Below, one piece after another: positions 41,401 to 50,354 of a stretch of 64,000 bases of DNA; position 1 is the stretch's first letter, and each line of letters opens with the position of its first letter. The translations under genes were made by a program, and so were the position numbers. Source of the DNA: Lentisphaeria bacterium (GTDB lineage: Bacteria > Verrucomicrobiota > Lentisphaeria > JABSQK01 > JAWLHB01); contig JAWLHB010000007.1 of the NCBI GenBank assembly GCA_041690595.1, forward strand, positions 1 through 64,000, given 5' to 3'. The notes under the pieces are model-generated. The model saw only the letters and a program-made list of their open reading frames with translations. It did no database searches and was not told the DNA's origin.

Positions 41401-44056
41401 CCAGCTACAGGCACCCCTGAGCGGCAGCATCGACAACAACGCCCAGCTTGTCGCCTGGAGCAAGCTCAACGATGTGACCGGTTATGCAGCCGGGAATAGC
41501 TGGACCCTGCGCTGCTGGGACAACAGCGCCGGCCGCGAGTACGTTGGCGCCCGTGTCACCTTCGATACGACGGATCCGGCTGCCTACAGCGGCGATACGT
41601 TTCCCGCCGGCTCGGCGCCGTTTAGCGCTGTCGACATCGCCTTCTCGCAGGGGACGGCACTGCCCCTGCGCGGCGGCTACCAGTTCGTCTCGCTTCCGAT
41701 TCAGCCCGATCCGGCAGATATGCAGACGATCTTTACTCAGGTTGGCGACAGCCTCGACTTCGTTCGCGATTCCAGCGGGGCCACGCTCCAGCAAGCCTTC
41801 GGCGACTGGCGTAACAACATCGGCAACTGGAGTGCGGGCCTCGGCTATCTCGTCAAGATGACCGCGGGAGAGACGCTCTTCGTCCGGGGCAACCCGGTCT
41901 CGGCAATGTCCATGGATCTGACCGCCGGTTTCCACTTCCTTGCGGCGCCGGCTGATGGCATGACCGCCGCCACGGCCTTTGCCGATCTCATGGGCAATGG
42001 CCTCGACTACGTGCGGGATTCCGATGGCAATATCCTCCAGAATTCCTTCGGCTCATGGATTGACGGCATCGGCACTGTGCAGGCCGGCGAAGGTCTGCTT
42101 GTGAAGATGAGCAGTGCGTACAGTGGCTTCCGCTATCCCACGGGCACTGCCTCGGGCAGCGCCTCGGTGGCTCGCGCCGCGGGCGTTCGCGCTGCCATCT
42201 CCAGCCAGCGTCATTGGTCCCAGATCATGGGGGATCCCAGCACCGCCGTCTGGTCCATCTATCTTGTCGATGCGACCATCGCCGGCCGCTCCATGGCTGC
42301 CGGTGACGAGGTTGCCATCTTCGACGGCGACAAGCTGGTCGGCAGCATGCAGTTGAGCCAGTCCCTCTCAGGAAGTATCCACCAGGACAACCTGCTCAAG
42401 GTCTGGCGGACACTTGCGGAAGGCCCTGGTTACACTCCCGGCAACAGCTACACCATCAAGCTCTACGATGCCGCCAACAGCAAGGAGCATACGGTGGGCA
42501 GCGTCACCTTCCCGTACGCTGGCGGCTACGCTGAGGGGGTCTTCCCGACTGGTGAAAGTCCCTTCAGCGCGATGGCGCTGTCCGTCGCGCCCGCGTCCAC
42601 GCTTCCCGTCATCTCCATTGCCGGCGCCAGTGTCCTGGAAGGGGGCGTCGCCTCCTTCACGGTCAATCTCAGTGTGGCCGCGGAGCAGGCGGTCAAGATC
42701 GATTACGCCGTCGAGGGGCAAACGGCGACCCTCAAGCAAGACGTAGCCGCCGCCAGCGGTACCCTCACCATCCCTGCCGGCCTGCTCAGCGGGGAGATCC
42801 AGGTGCAGACCTACAGCGACCGGCGCAAGGAAGGCGACGAAAGCTTCCTCGTTCGGCTGGCCAACCCCATCGGCGCCAGCCTTGGCGTGGATACCGCGGT
42901 CGGCATCATTATGGACGTTGACGCGAAGACACCCCGCAATGTGGTCTATACTCTCGATGTCCGCGGCACCAGCTATGGCGACTCCGCCACTGGAATCGCC
43001 TCCACCGGCAAAGCTTCCGGCAGTGCCGCACTCAGCGGCAAGGGATACCTTGTTCTGGACCTGGACACCCGGCAGATTGCCACGATCGTCAAGTGGCGGG
43101 ATGGCATTGGCGAGGTGCATGGTTGGGACCGCGATGGCATGTGGTATACCGCCGATACCGGCACGGCCAACTACTGGTTCCTCACCTCCGGTCCAGCCGG
43201 ACTGGCGGATGTGGAGCAGCGTTACGTCTCCTACAGCTATGCCCAGCTGCATGGCGCGGAGCTCGGCAAACCCGTCGACATCGGCGCAGGTTCCAGCCAT
43301 ATCAGTGCGGCCATGACCGGCCTCTGGCGCGGCGGGTATGCCGCCACGGGCGCCCGCTACGATGCAGCCGCGCTGGCCGCGAGGATCGACGTCGCCACGA
43401 CCCGCGACAGCAACATTCGGGCCATCGTCCACGAAGATCTGGTCGATGAACTGCGCAGCCGCCTGGGCATCAGCGCCGAGCCGGCCGCGGTCGATCAGGA
43501 GGCGGTCGCCACTGCCGCTCCAGATGCCGAGGGGCTGGTCTGCTACCAGCTGAGCCTCAACGGCATTGAAGCCGGCAATGGAGTACTTCGCAACACCTCC
43601 TTCGGCGGTTATCTCGTTCTGGATATTGCCACCGGGCAGGCTCGCGCCATTGTCGGTGGGCGCGATGCGCAGGGTGGTTGGTATCGCGTCGACGACTGGA
43701 GCGAAGGGAGTCGCATGTTCTACCAGACGCAGGTGCGCAGTCAGCCTTATCTGATGGTCGGCAACGGCGCCCGGCGGGATCAACCGTCGGGGCTCAACTT
43801 CCGGCTCCTATATGGCGCGTCCCAGCATGTTCGCCTTGGCGGAGCCAATGAGCAGCCCGTCGCCTTTGCCCTGACTGGTGAATACTGGAACCATTCCCGC
43901 CAGGACGGAGACGCCGGCGTTTATTCCCATGGCAGCATTCAGTGCCGCGTCCTTGGCGAAGCAACCCTCACCCTCAATCGCCACGGGCTCACCCTCGATG
44001 AGGCGGTCAACCACCTGGAAGAGTCCCTTCCCGCGATCTATGAGAAGCGGGACTGA
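38407..44056 (+). CDS. Large secreted Calx-beta repeat / Ig-like surface protein, interrupted by an assembly gap
   Basis: Multiple Calx-beta units (V.EG..A.FTVTLS, GT.TIPAG, D...E.DE.F, ATI.DDD) and one Big_9-like unit (APGVLANDSD...DGSFVYTP). Gap flanks join into the repeat sequence, uniting ORFs 38407..40410 and 40130..44056. Confidence 0.8.
40297..40922 (+). repeat. Near-identical 327-bp tandem duplication (109-aa Calx-beta unit)
   Basis: CGTCTCGGAAGCAGACGCC begins at 40297 and 40624; the units differ at only a few positions. Confidence 0.9.
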
Positions 44057-44138
44057 GCAATCGGGCAACTGAAGGAAAATGGCGGAGGGCGGGGCGGGGG
44101 TTAGGTTCCTGCCCACTGCCGCCTTCAGTACTCCACCC

Positions 44139-44182
44139 AGTGAGCCGGCTTGAGTTTACGCTCGGCCGGCTCACTCCTTTTT
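44139..44182. terminator. Hairpin between convergent genes, putative terminator
   Basis: AGTGAGCCGGC...GCCGGCTCACT inverted repeat followed by CCTTTTT. Confidence 0.55.
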
Positions 44183-44211
44183 ACCCCCTGGCCGTTCCAT
44201 CGGCGCCTTAT

Positions 44212-45369
44212 TCAGAGGGGGAGGGCGCGGGCGTGGCGGAGCGCTTCGGCGAAGTCGGTTTCTCCGAGGACTGCACGGAGCATGGCGAGGACATTCTCCG
44301 GCGGCGTACCGATCTGGATCGCGTGGCTTGGCGCGGCTATATAGCCTCCGCTTTCGCCAAGCACCTGCACCAGGCGCCGGCACTGGCTGTAGACGATGGC
44401 GGCCGGCTCATGGGGCAGCAGGTGCTGCACACTGATCGCCCCGTGAAAGGCGAGGCGGTCACCGAAATCGCGCTTCAGCCGCTCGGGCTGCATGCCGGTC
44501 GCATCCGTCTGCACGGCTTCGAGCACCTGCACGCCGGCGTCGATGAGGTCGGGCAGGATGTCGAAGACGGCCCCGTCGCTGTGCATCATGCAAAAGGCTT
44601 CGGGCGCAAGCTCCCGGACGGCGGCGCAGATGCGGGCATGATAAGGCTGAAGCACCTCCACATACATGCGGCGCGACATCAGCAGTCCGTTCTGGCTCCC
44701 CAGATCGTCCGCCAGGAAGACGATGTCAATTAGGTCGCCGATCTCGCGCAGTACCCGCCGGAGCCGCTCTTCCATGAAACCAACGATGTGATCGAGGGCA
44801 TGTCGAACCAGCTCCGGCTGCATCGCGAGGTTCATCATTGCCTCCTCCAGCCCCGTCATCCAGCAGTAGATTTCGAAGGGATTGCCGGCGAAGTACTGGA
44901 TGGCGCGCAGTCGGCATGGATTGCCGCGCTTGGCCTGGTTGCGCAGCTGCTCATAGTCGTAATGCTCCACCGATGGCCACGCATGCGCATCCAGCTCCGC
45001 TTCGCGGGTCATGCCGGCGAGCGGGAAATCGGTGAACTCTTCGTAGGCGCCTCCCTCGTAGGTGGCCCGCTTGAGATTGATTCCCCAGATGCCGGTGAAG
45101 GTATTGGCGTCCGGCAGCGGTGGCCCGATCCAGTCCGGGGCGATCACGATCTTATCGCAGGTGACCGCGGCGAGCTTTGCCCAGTCGATGCCGCGCTCCG
45201 CCAGTTGGTTCCGCAGGATCACGGTCATTTCCGGCGTTGGTCCAAAGCCCCAGGTAAAGGGAACGCGATCCGGTTGTTGATGGGTGAGGGCGGTGCGCAT
45301 GCGCTCCCTTGGGGAGAGGCGGCCCTGCGCGTGTTCGGGCAGCGGTGGCGTACGATCAATTCCAACCAT
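44212..45369 (-). CDS. Uroporphyrinogen decarboxylase (URO-D)-like family protein
   Basis: SPRER...[48 protein letters not shown]. Confidence 0.85.
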   Translation of the reverse strand: MVGIDRTPPLPEHAQGRLSPRERMRTALTHQQPDRVPFTWGFGPTPEMTVILRNQLAERGIDWAKLAAVTCDKIVIAPDWIGPPLPDANTFTGIWGINLKRATYEGGAYEEFTDFPLAGMTREAELDAHAWPSVEHYDYEQLRNQAKRGNPCRLRAIQYFAGNPFEIYCWMTGLEEAMMNLAMQPELVRHALDHIVGFMEERLRRVLREIGDLIDIVFLADDLGSQNGLLMSRRMYVEVLQPYHARICAAVRELAPEAFCMMHSDGAVFDILPDLIDAGVQVLEAVQTDATGMQPERLKRDFGDRLAFHGAISVQHLLPHEPAAIVYSQCRRLVQVLGESGGYIAAPSHAIQIGTPPENVLAMLRAVLGETDFAEALRHARALPL

Positions 45370-45664
45370 GGTCGTCCGGGTATACGTTGTGGAACTTAAT
45401 GCTGGTGCGTGGTTCGGCCATCATTTCCGCGACGGTGTCGCGCCACGTCTGGTAATGGGCTGTCTCCTTGTGCTGTGCCGCGGCCTCGGGAGTGCGGTAG
45501 ACTTCCACCAGCACGAAGCGGGTTGGATCGTCCTGCTGCTGGATGACATCGAATCGGGCAATGCCCGGCTCCTGGAGACTGGCGCGCGAGTTGGCCATGG
45601 TGGCGCGCTTGAAGCTTTCTACCTGCTCGGCCTTCACATGAACAAAAACGTGCACGATGAACAT
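45356..45664 (-). CDS. ABM-domain putative monooxygenase/isomerase (LsrG-like)
   Basis: [52 protein letters not shown]. Confidence 0.85.
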   Translation of the reverse strand: MFIVHVFVHVKAEQVESFKRATMANSRASLQEPGIARFDVIQQQDDPTRFVLVEVYRTPEAAAQHKETAHYQTWRDTVAEMMAEPRTSIKFHNVYPDDHGWN

Positions 45665-45822
45665 GATGACCTCCACTTCTGTAGGCGTTTGACCTCACTA
45701 TACAGCGCCGCATGCAGCTTTGCGCGTAAAAAGCGGAAGTTCCGCTTGCAGCCGTTCGGCGAGCCATCATCTTCCTTCTCATACCTGTAACGCCAATTCC
45801 CTTCTCCGGAGCATCCCCTACC

Positions 45823-47247
45823 ATGGCAGCCGAGCATAATCGCCCCAACATCATCCTCATCATGACCGACCAGCAACGCGGCGACTGCCTCGGCGTCGAC
45901 GGGCATCCGGTGCTGCTGACGCCGCAGCTCGACCATCTGGCGGGCAGGGGCGCGCGGTTCAGGCGAGCCTACAGTACTTGCCCCTCCTGCATTCCCGCGC
46001 GGAGATCGCTGCTCACCGGGCAGTTCCCGGCGACCCATGGCATGCCCGGCTTCATCGGCGGCGTCCCCATCACGCGATCGACGCTGCCGGGCGAACTGAA
46101 GAAAGCCGGTTACCATACGTACATGGTTGGCCGCACCATGCATCAACACCCAGCCCTGGCCCGTTACGGCTACGATCATGTCGTCCTTGCCAGCGGCTAT
46201 GAAGACGATCCCTACCACCAGTGGCTGCGCCGGGAGACCGACCAGGTTGACGGCATGGGCAGTCACGGCCTCGACTTCAACGGCTGGACGGCCCGCTCCT
46301 GGCACCTCGAGGAGACCAAGCATCCCACCAACTACATCGTCAACGAGGCGCTCAAGTTCCTGGAGAACCGCGACCCTACCTGTCCCTTCTTCCTCACGGT
46401 CTCCTTCTATGCTCCGCATCCGCCCCTCTGCCCGCCGGCCTTCTACATGGACCGCTACCTGCGCCAGCCGCTTCCGGAGCCGAGTATCGGTGAATGGGCC
46501 GTGCCGCCGGAAGGGCAACACCTGGGGCTGCCCATCGCCTCTCCCCGCGTCCACCTCAAGGGGGAAGCACTCCGCAGTGCCCAGGCGGGCTACTTCGGCC
46601 TCATCAACCACGTGGATGATCAGATCCATCGCCTGCTGCAGCCCCGCGGTGTCTCCTACGATGCGCGGAACACCATCGTCATCTTCACCAGCGATCACGG
46701 TGAGCTTCTGGGCGATCACCACATGTACCGCAAGTGCGAACCCTATGAAGGTTCAGCCCGGATTCCCTTCCTGATCAGCGGGCCCGGCATCGCCGCCGGC
46801 CAGGTGCACGATCTGCCTGTCTGCCTCGAAGATATCCTGCCCACGTGCCTCGATGCTGCCGGTTTGCCGATTCCCGAAGGGGTCGACGGCCGCAGCCTCC
46901 TCCCGCTTCTCCGCGGTGAGAGCAGCGAGTGGCGCGCGACCCTCCATGGCGAGCATGCCCCATGCTACAGCGCCGGCCAGGCTCACCATTATCTGGTCGA
47001 CTCCCGCTACAAGTACATCTGGCGGCCCCTCGACGGCAGCGAGCAGCTCTTCGACCTGCATCGCGACCCGGGCGAGTTGCACAGCCTCATTGGCGACCCC
47101 GATCATGCCGCTCGTGCCGATGCGTTCCGGCGCCACCTCATCGAGCTGCTGCGCGAGCGTCCGGAAGGCTTTACCGATGGTGAGCGCCTGATCGCCGGCC
47201 GCCCCTATCCGCCTCTCCTTCCGCACGTGAAGCAGGAGCTCGGGTAG
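45823..47247 (+). CDS. Arylsulfatase (S1 sulfatase)
   Basis: RPNIILIMTDQQRGD, CIPARRSLLTG, FTSDHGELLGDH, PYEGSARIP. Confidence 0.92.
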   Translation: MAAEHNRPNIILIMTDQQRGDCLGVDGHPVLLTPQLDHLAGRGARFRRAYSTCPSCIPARRSLLTGQFPATHGMPGFIGGVPITRSTLPGELKKAGYHTYMVGRTMHQHPALARYGYDHVVLASGYEDDPYHQWLRRETDQVDGMGSHGLDFNGWTARSWHLEETKHPTNYIVNEALKFLENRDPTCPFFLTVSFYAPHPPLCPPAFYMDRYLRQPLPEPSIGEWAVPPEGQHLGLPIASPRVHLKGEALRSAQAGYFGLINHVDDQIHRLLQPRGVSYDARNTIVIFTSDHGELLGDHHMYRKCEPYEGSARIPFLISGPGIAAGQVHDLPVCLEDILPTCLDAAGLPIPEGVDGRSLLPLLRGESSEWRATLHGEHAPCYSAGQAHHYLVDSRYKYIWRPLDGSEQLFDLHRDPGELHSLIGDPDHAARADAFRRHLIELLRERPEGFTDGERLIAGRPYPPLLPHVKQELG

Positions 47248-47270
47248 AAGGGCTTTTCTGCTCTTTCTTC

Positions 47271-47323
47271 TTGCATCCGCATCCGGCCCGGATATAGTAC
47301 TGGATACTTACTGGTACTACTAT
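47271..47323 (+). promoter_or_regulatory. Putative promoter (TTGCAT-N16-TATAGT) with overlapping TACTGG direct repeats
   Basis: -35 at 47271-47276, -10 at 47293-47298; TACTGG at 47298 and 47309. Confidence 0.45.
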
Positions 47324-47349
47324 TTCCACATCGTTTTGGAGAGCACCTC

Positions 47350-48351
47350 ATGGCCTTTACCTATCAGCCTGCAGAACATCTTCCCTTCCGCGACCGCGAA
47401 GTTTGTGAGCGGGTGCGGCGCATCCCGCGTGAACAGATCTGCGATCACCCGCGACAGAACGTCAAGATCCGCGTCATCGAAGACGATACGGCCTTCCAGT
47501 TTGCGTATGTGATGCACATCGTCGCCGGTATCAAGCAGGCGCTGGACGAGGGGCGGCAGCATGTGATCATCCTTCCCGCGCCCAACCCCAACTATGCCTA
47601 TGTGGCCCAGATGCTCAACAGCCTGCGCATCCCGTGCCACCATGTCCATACCTTCAATATGGACGAGTACGCGGATGAGTCGGGACGTTCCGCTCCGCGC
47701 GATTGGCGCGGCGGTTTCCAGTACTGGATGTGGCACGATCTCTTCGACAAGCTCGACCCCGAACTGCGGATTCCCGAGAAGCAGATCCACTTCCCCAACT
47801 CCGACAACGTCAACGATTACAGCCGCATGCTCGAGGATCTCGGCGGGGCGAACATCTGCTACGGCGGCACCGGCTGGTGCGGGCATATCGCCTTCTTCGA
47901 ACCGCATCTCGGCGAGGAGTTTGCCGACGATCTCGATGGCTGGATGCAGCAGGGGACGCGGGTCGTCGACCTCCACCCGATAACGGTCTGCCAGAATTCG
48001 CTGTATGGCGACGCCGGTGGGGCAGGGGACTGGTCGTGGGTTCCGCCGAAAGCGGTGACCGTGGGTCCCCGGGATCTTGTCGGCTCCAAGATGGTGAGCT
48101 GGTGGAATGGCTATCGCGCCGGCGAAGGGGTCTGGCAGCGCTTCATCACGCGTCTCTCCATGTATGGTCCCGTGACGCCGCTGGTCCCCGCCAGCATCCT
48201 GCAACTCCTCAACACCGAGCTGACCCTCTCCGGCAAGGTTGCCGCGGATTGTTCGCAGGCGACGTACGAGCGAGCTGTCGAGCTGGGGGTCACCATGCAT
48301 TCACCGCAGTGGCCGGAGGCGACGGATCTTCGCCCCTTCCCCGCCGGATGA
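47350..48351 (+). CDS. Divergent glucosamine-6-phosphate deaminase/isomerase (NagB-like) protein
   Basis: HTFNMDEY, YGGTGWCGHIAFFEP, PKAVTVG, GPVTPLVPASILQ. Confidence 0.75.
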   Translation: MAFTYQPAEHLPFRDREVCERVRRIPREQICDHPRQNVKIRVIEDDTAFQFAYVMHIVAGIKQALDEGRQHVIILPAPNPNYAYVAQMLNSLRIPCHHVHTFNMDEYADESGRSAPRDWRGGFQYWMWHDLFDKLDPELRIPEKQIHFPNSDNVNDYSRMLEDLGGANICYGGTGWCGHIAFFEPHLGEEFADDLDGWMQQGTRVVDLHPITVCQNSLYGDAGGAGDWSWVPPKAVTVGPRDLVGSKMVSWWNGYRAGEGVWQRFITRLSMYGPVTPLVPASILQLLNTELTLSGKVAADCSQATYERAVELGVTMHSPQWPEATDLRPFPAG

Positions 48352-48361
48352 CGAGCTTGCC

Positions 48362-49423
48362 ATGAGCACCAGAAGCGGCCGCAGCTTTGTCTATGAACGC
48401 GTCGTCGAGCTTCTCACGCAACGATTGCGCGACGGCACCTATGCCGTGGGTGACTACATCCCCGGTGAACAGTCGCTGGCCGATGAGCTGGGCGTGAGCC
48501 GGCCATCGGTCAAGCGTGCCGTGGAGGAGCTGGAGGCCGCCGGGCTGGTGCAGTGTCGTGCGGCCGTGGGAACGCGGGTGCTGCGGCGGCCGGGAGTGAC
48601 CGGGCTCATTGGCTATATCAGCCCCACGCTGGGGGATCCCTTTCAGGCTGAAGCGGTCCAGGCCATGGAAGCGGCCCTGCGCACGCGGGGAACGGGGCTG
48701 CTGGTGGCGGAAAGCGGCGCCGATCTCTCGCTGGAAGTGCCGGCGGCCGAGCGTCTCAGCCGGCATGGGGCCGCGGGGCTGGTGATCTGCGGTGGCCCGA
48801 CCAGCGACTGGCAGCGCCTTCGGGCCTTGCCGATCCCGGTCGTCTGGTTCGGCGGTGGGCCGGAAACCGATGCCATGGATCGTGTGCACGTCGACGATGC
48901 CGGGGGGATGTGCCTGGTGCTCGCGCACCTTCGGGAGATTGGGGTTACGCGTGTCGGCTATGCCGGCGCCTCGTGCCCCGGCATTGCCCCGGATCTCGAC
49001 GACCGCTGGCAGGCCTGGCGTCTTCATATAGAGGAGCTGGGATTCCAGACGATGCCCGAATGGCAGATCCTCCATCCGGGGCTGGGTGAAGCTGCCGGCG
49101 AAGCCATCATGAGCCAATTCCTCGAGCGGCCCAGCCTGCCGGAAGCCATTGTCTGTTGCGACGACTGGACAGCCATCGGCCTGCTAAGCCGGGCCGACCG
49201 TGCCGGTCTCGCCATTCCCGGCGACCTCAAGGTGACGGGCTTCGACAACCTGCTCATCAGCCGCTATCTGCCTGCTCCCCTCACCACCATCGACTATCCC
49301 CTGCCGGCAATGGCCGAGATCGCCCTCGACCTGCTGGATGCGCGCGTGGCCTCGCCCGAGGTGCCACCGTCTCTGCATCGCCTTCCCGGCCGGCTGATGG
49401 TTCGCGCTTCGACCGCGGGCTGA
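48362..49423 (+). CDS. GntR-type HTH plus LacI-type substrate-binding domain transcriptional regulator
   Basis: IPGEQSLADELGVSRPSV, DDWTAIG, IPGDLKVTGFDN, PLTTI; ATG at 48362. Confidence 0.88.
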   Translation: MSTRSGRSFVYERVVELLTQRLRDGTYAVGDYIPGEQSLADELGVSRPSVKRAVEELEAAGLVQCRAAVGTRVLRRPGVTGLIGYISPTLGDPFQAEAVQAMEAALRTRGTGLLVAESGADLSLEVPAAERLSRHGAAGLVICGGPTSDWQRLRALPIPVVWFGGGPETDAMDRVHVDDAGGMCLVLAHLREIGVTRVGYAGASCPGIAPDLDDRWQAWRLHIEELGFQTMPEWQILHPGLGEAAGEAIMSQFLERPSLPEAIVCCDDWTAIGLLSRADRAGLAIPGDLKVTGFDNLLISRYLPAPLTTIDYPLPAMAEIALDLLDARVASPEVPPSLHRLPGRLMVRASTAG

Positions 49424-49425
49424 CC

Positions 49426-50193
49426 TCAGCGGCTGGCCCGCAGGACGATTGCGTTCGACTCCAGTGGATCGTACGGCGTGCTACCGAAGTCCGCGGTGGC
49501 GCGGATGTCGTGGAAGCCATGGTCCGCGAGGCAGGCGGTCAATTCTTTTTGCTGCCAGGGATGCAGGAGGGTGCTCTGGAGGTCATGCAGCGGCTGCCCC
49601 TCCGCCGACCACTGGATGCGCAGGATGTTGAAGCGTACGTGATCGTCCAGAAAATCGTAGAAGCGCACGAACTCGATGTCGTCGTCGCGGGTGACCGCCA
49701 CGATGCGATCCCCTTGAGTCAGGACGCGTTGATAGTTGATGAGCTGCAGCACCAGCCGTCCGCCTGGCGCCAGCAGCTTCGCGAAGCCTTCGATCGTGGC
49801 CTCGAGGTCCGCGCGCTCCAGCAGGTGCGGCAGGGAATTCCCCAGACAGAGGAGCAGCTCAAAGGGGCCATTCAGGTGCGAAGCCAGCCTCTCCATGGGG
49901 GCCACCCGCCACTCCACGTGGAGGTCATGCTCACGGGCGCGCAGCCTGGCCTGCTCGACCATTCCCGGCGAGAGGTCGACGCCGGTGGCCGCCACGCCTT
50001 CGGCCGCCATGGCCATCGCATGCAGTCCCGTGCCCGTCGCCACATCCAGCCCGGATGCCGCCCCTCCTTCATCGAGCAGCTTGCGGATGGTGGCGCGCGC
50101 GCTCGCCATGCGCTTGCCGAAGGGGATCATCCGGTCATAGTCGTCCGCGAGTGCATCGTAGAAATCGCCACTGGATTTGTCGTCGATCGCCAT
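49426..50193 (-). CDS. Class I SAM-dependent methyltransferase
   Basis: LDVATGTGLH, GVDLSPGM, LCLGNSLPHL, LAPGGRLV. Confidence 0.88.
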   Translation of the reverse strand: MAIDDKSSGDFYDALADDYDRMIPFGKRMASARATIRKLLDEGGAASGLDVATGTGLHAMAMAAEGVAATGVDLSPGMVEQARLRAREHDLHVEWRVAPMERLASHLNGPFELLLCLGNSLPHLLERADLEATIEGFAKLLAPGGRLVLQLINYQRVLTQGDRIVAVTRDDDIEFVRFYDFLDDHVRFNILRIQWSAEGQPLHDLQSTLLHPWQQKELTACLADHGFHDIRATADFGSTPYDPLESNAIVLRASR

Positions 50194-50354
50194 GGGGTCT
50201 CCCTGTGGTTCGTGTCGTTTGAGTTAGGATAGCCCCGCCTCACCCTTTTCTGCAAGCGGCGCGAAGGATTCCGCCCCCTCAAGTGGAAGATGGCGTGGGA
50301 AGACTGTAGCTTTCTCTCTGAACTATCAGCCCCAACAGCTTCTGGAGATCGTGC

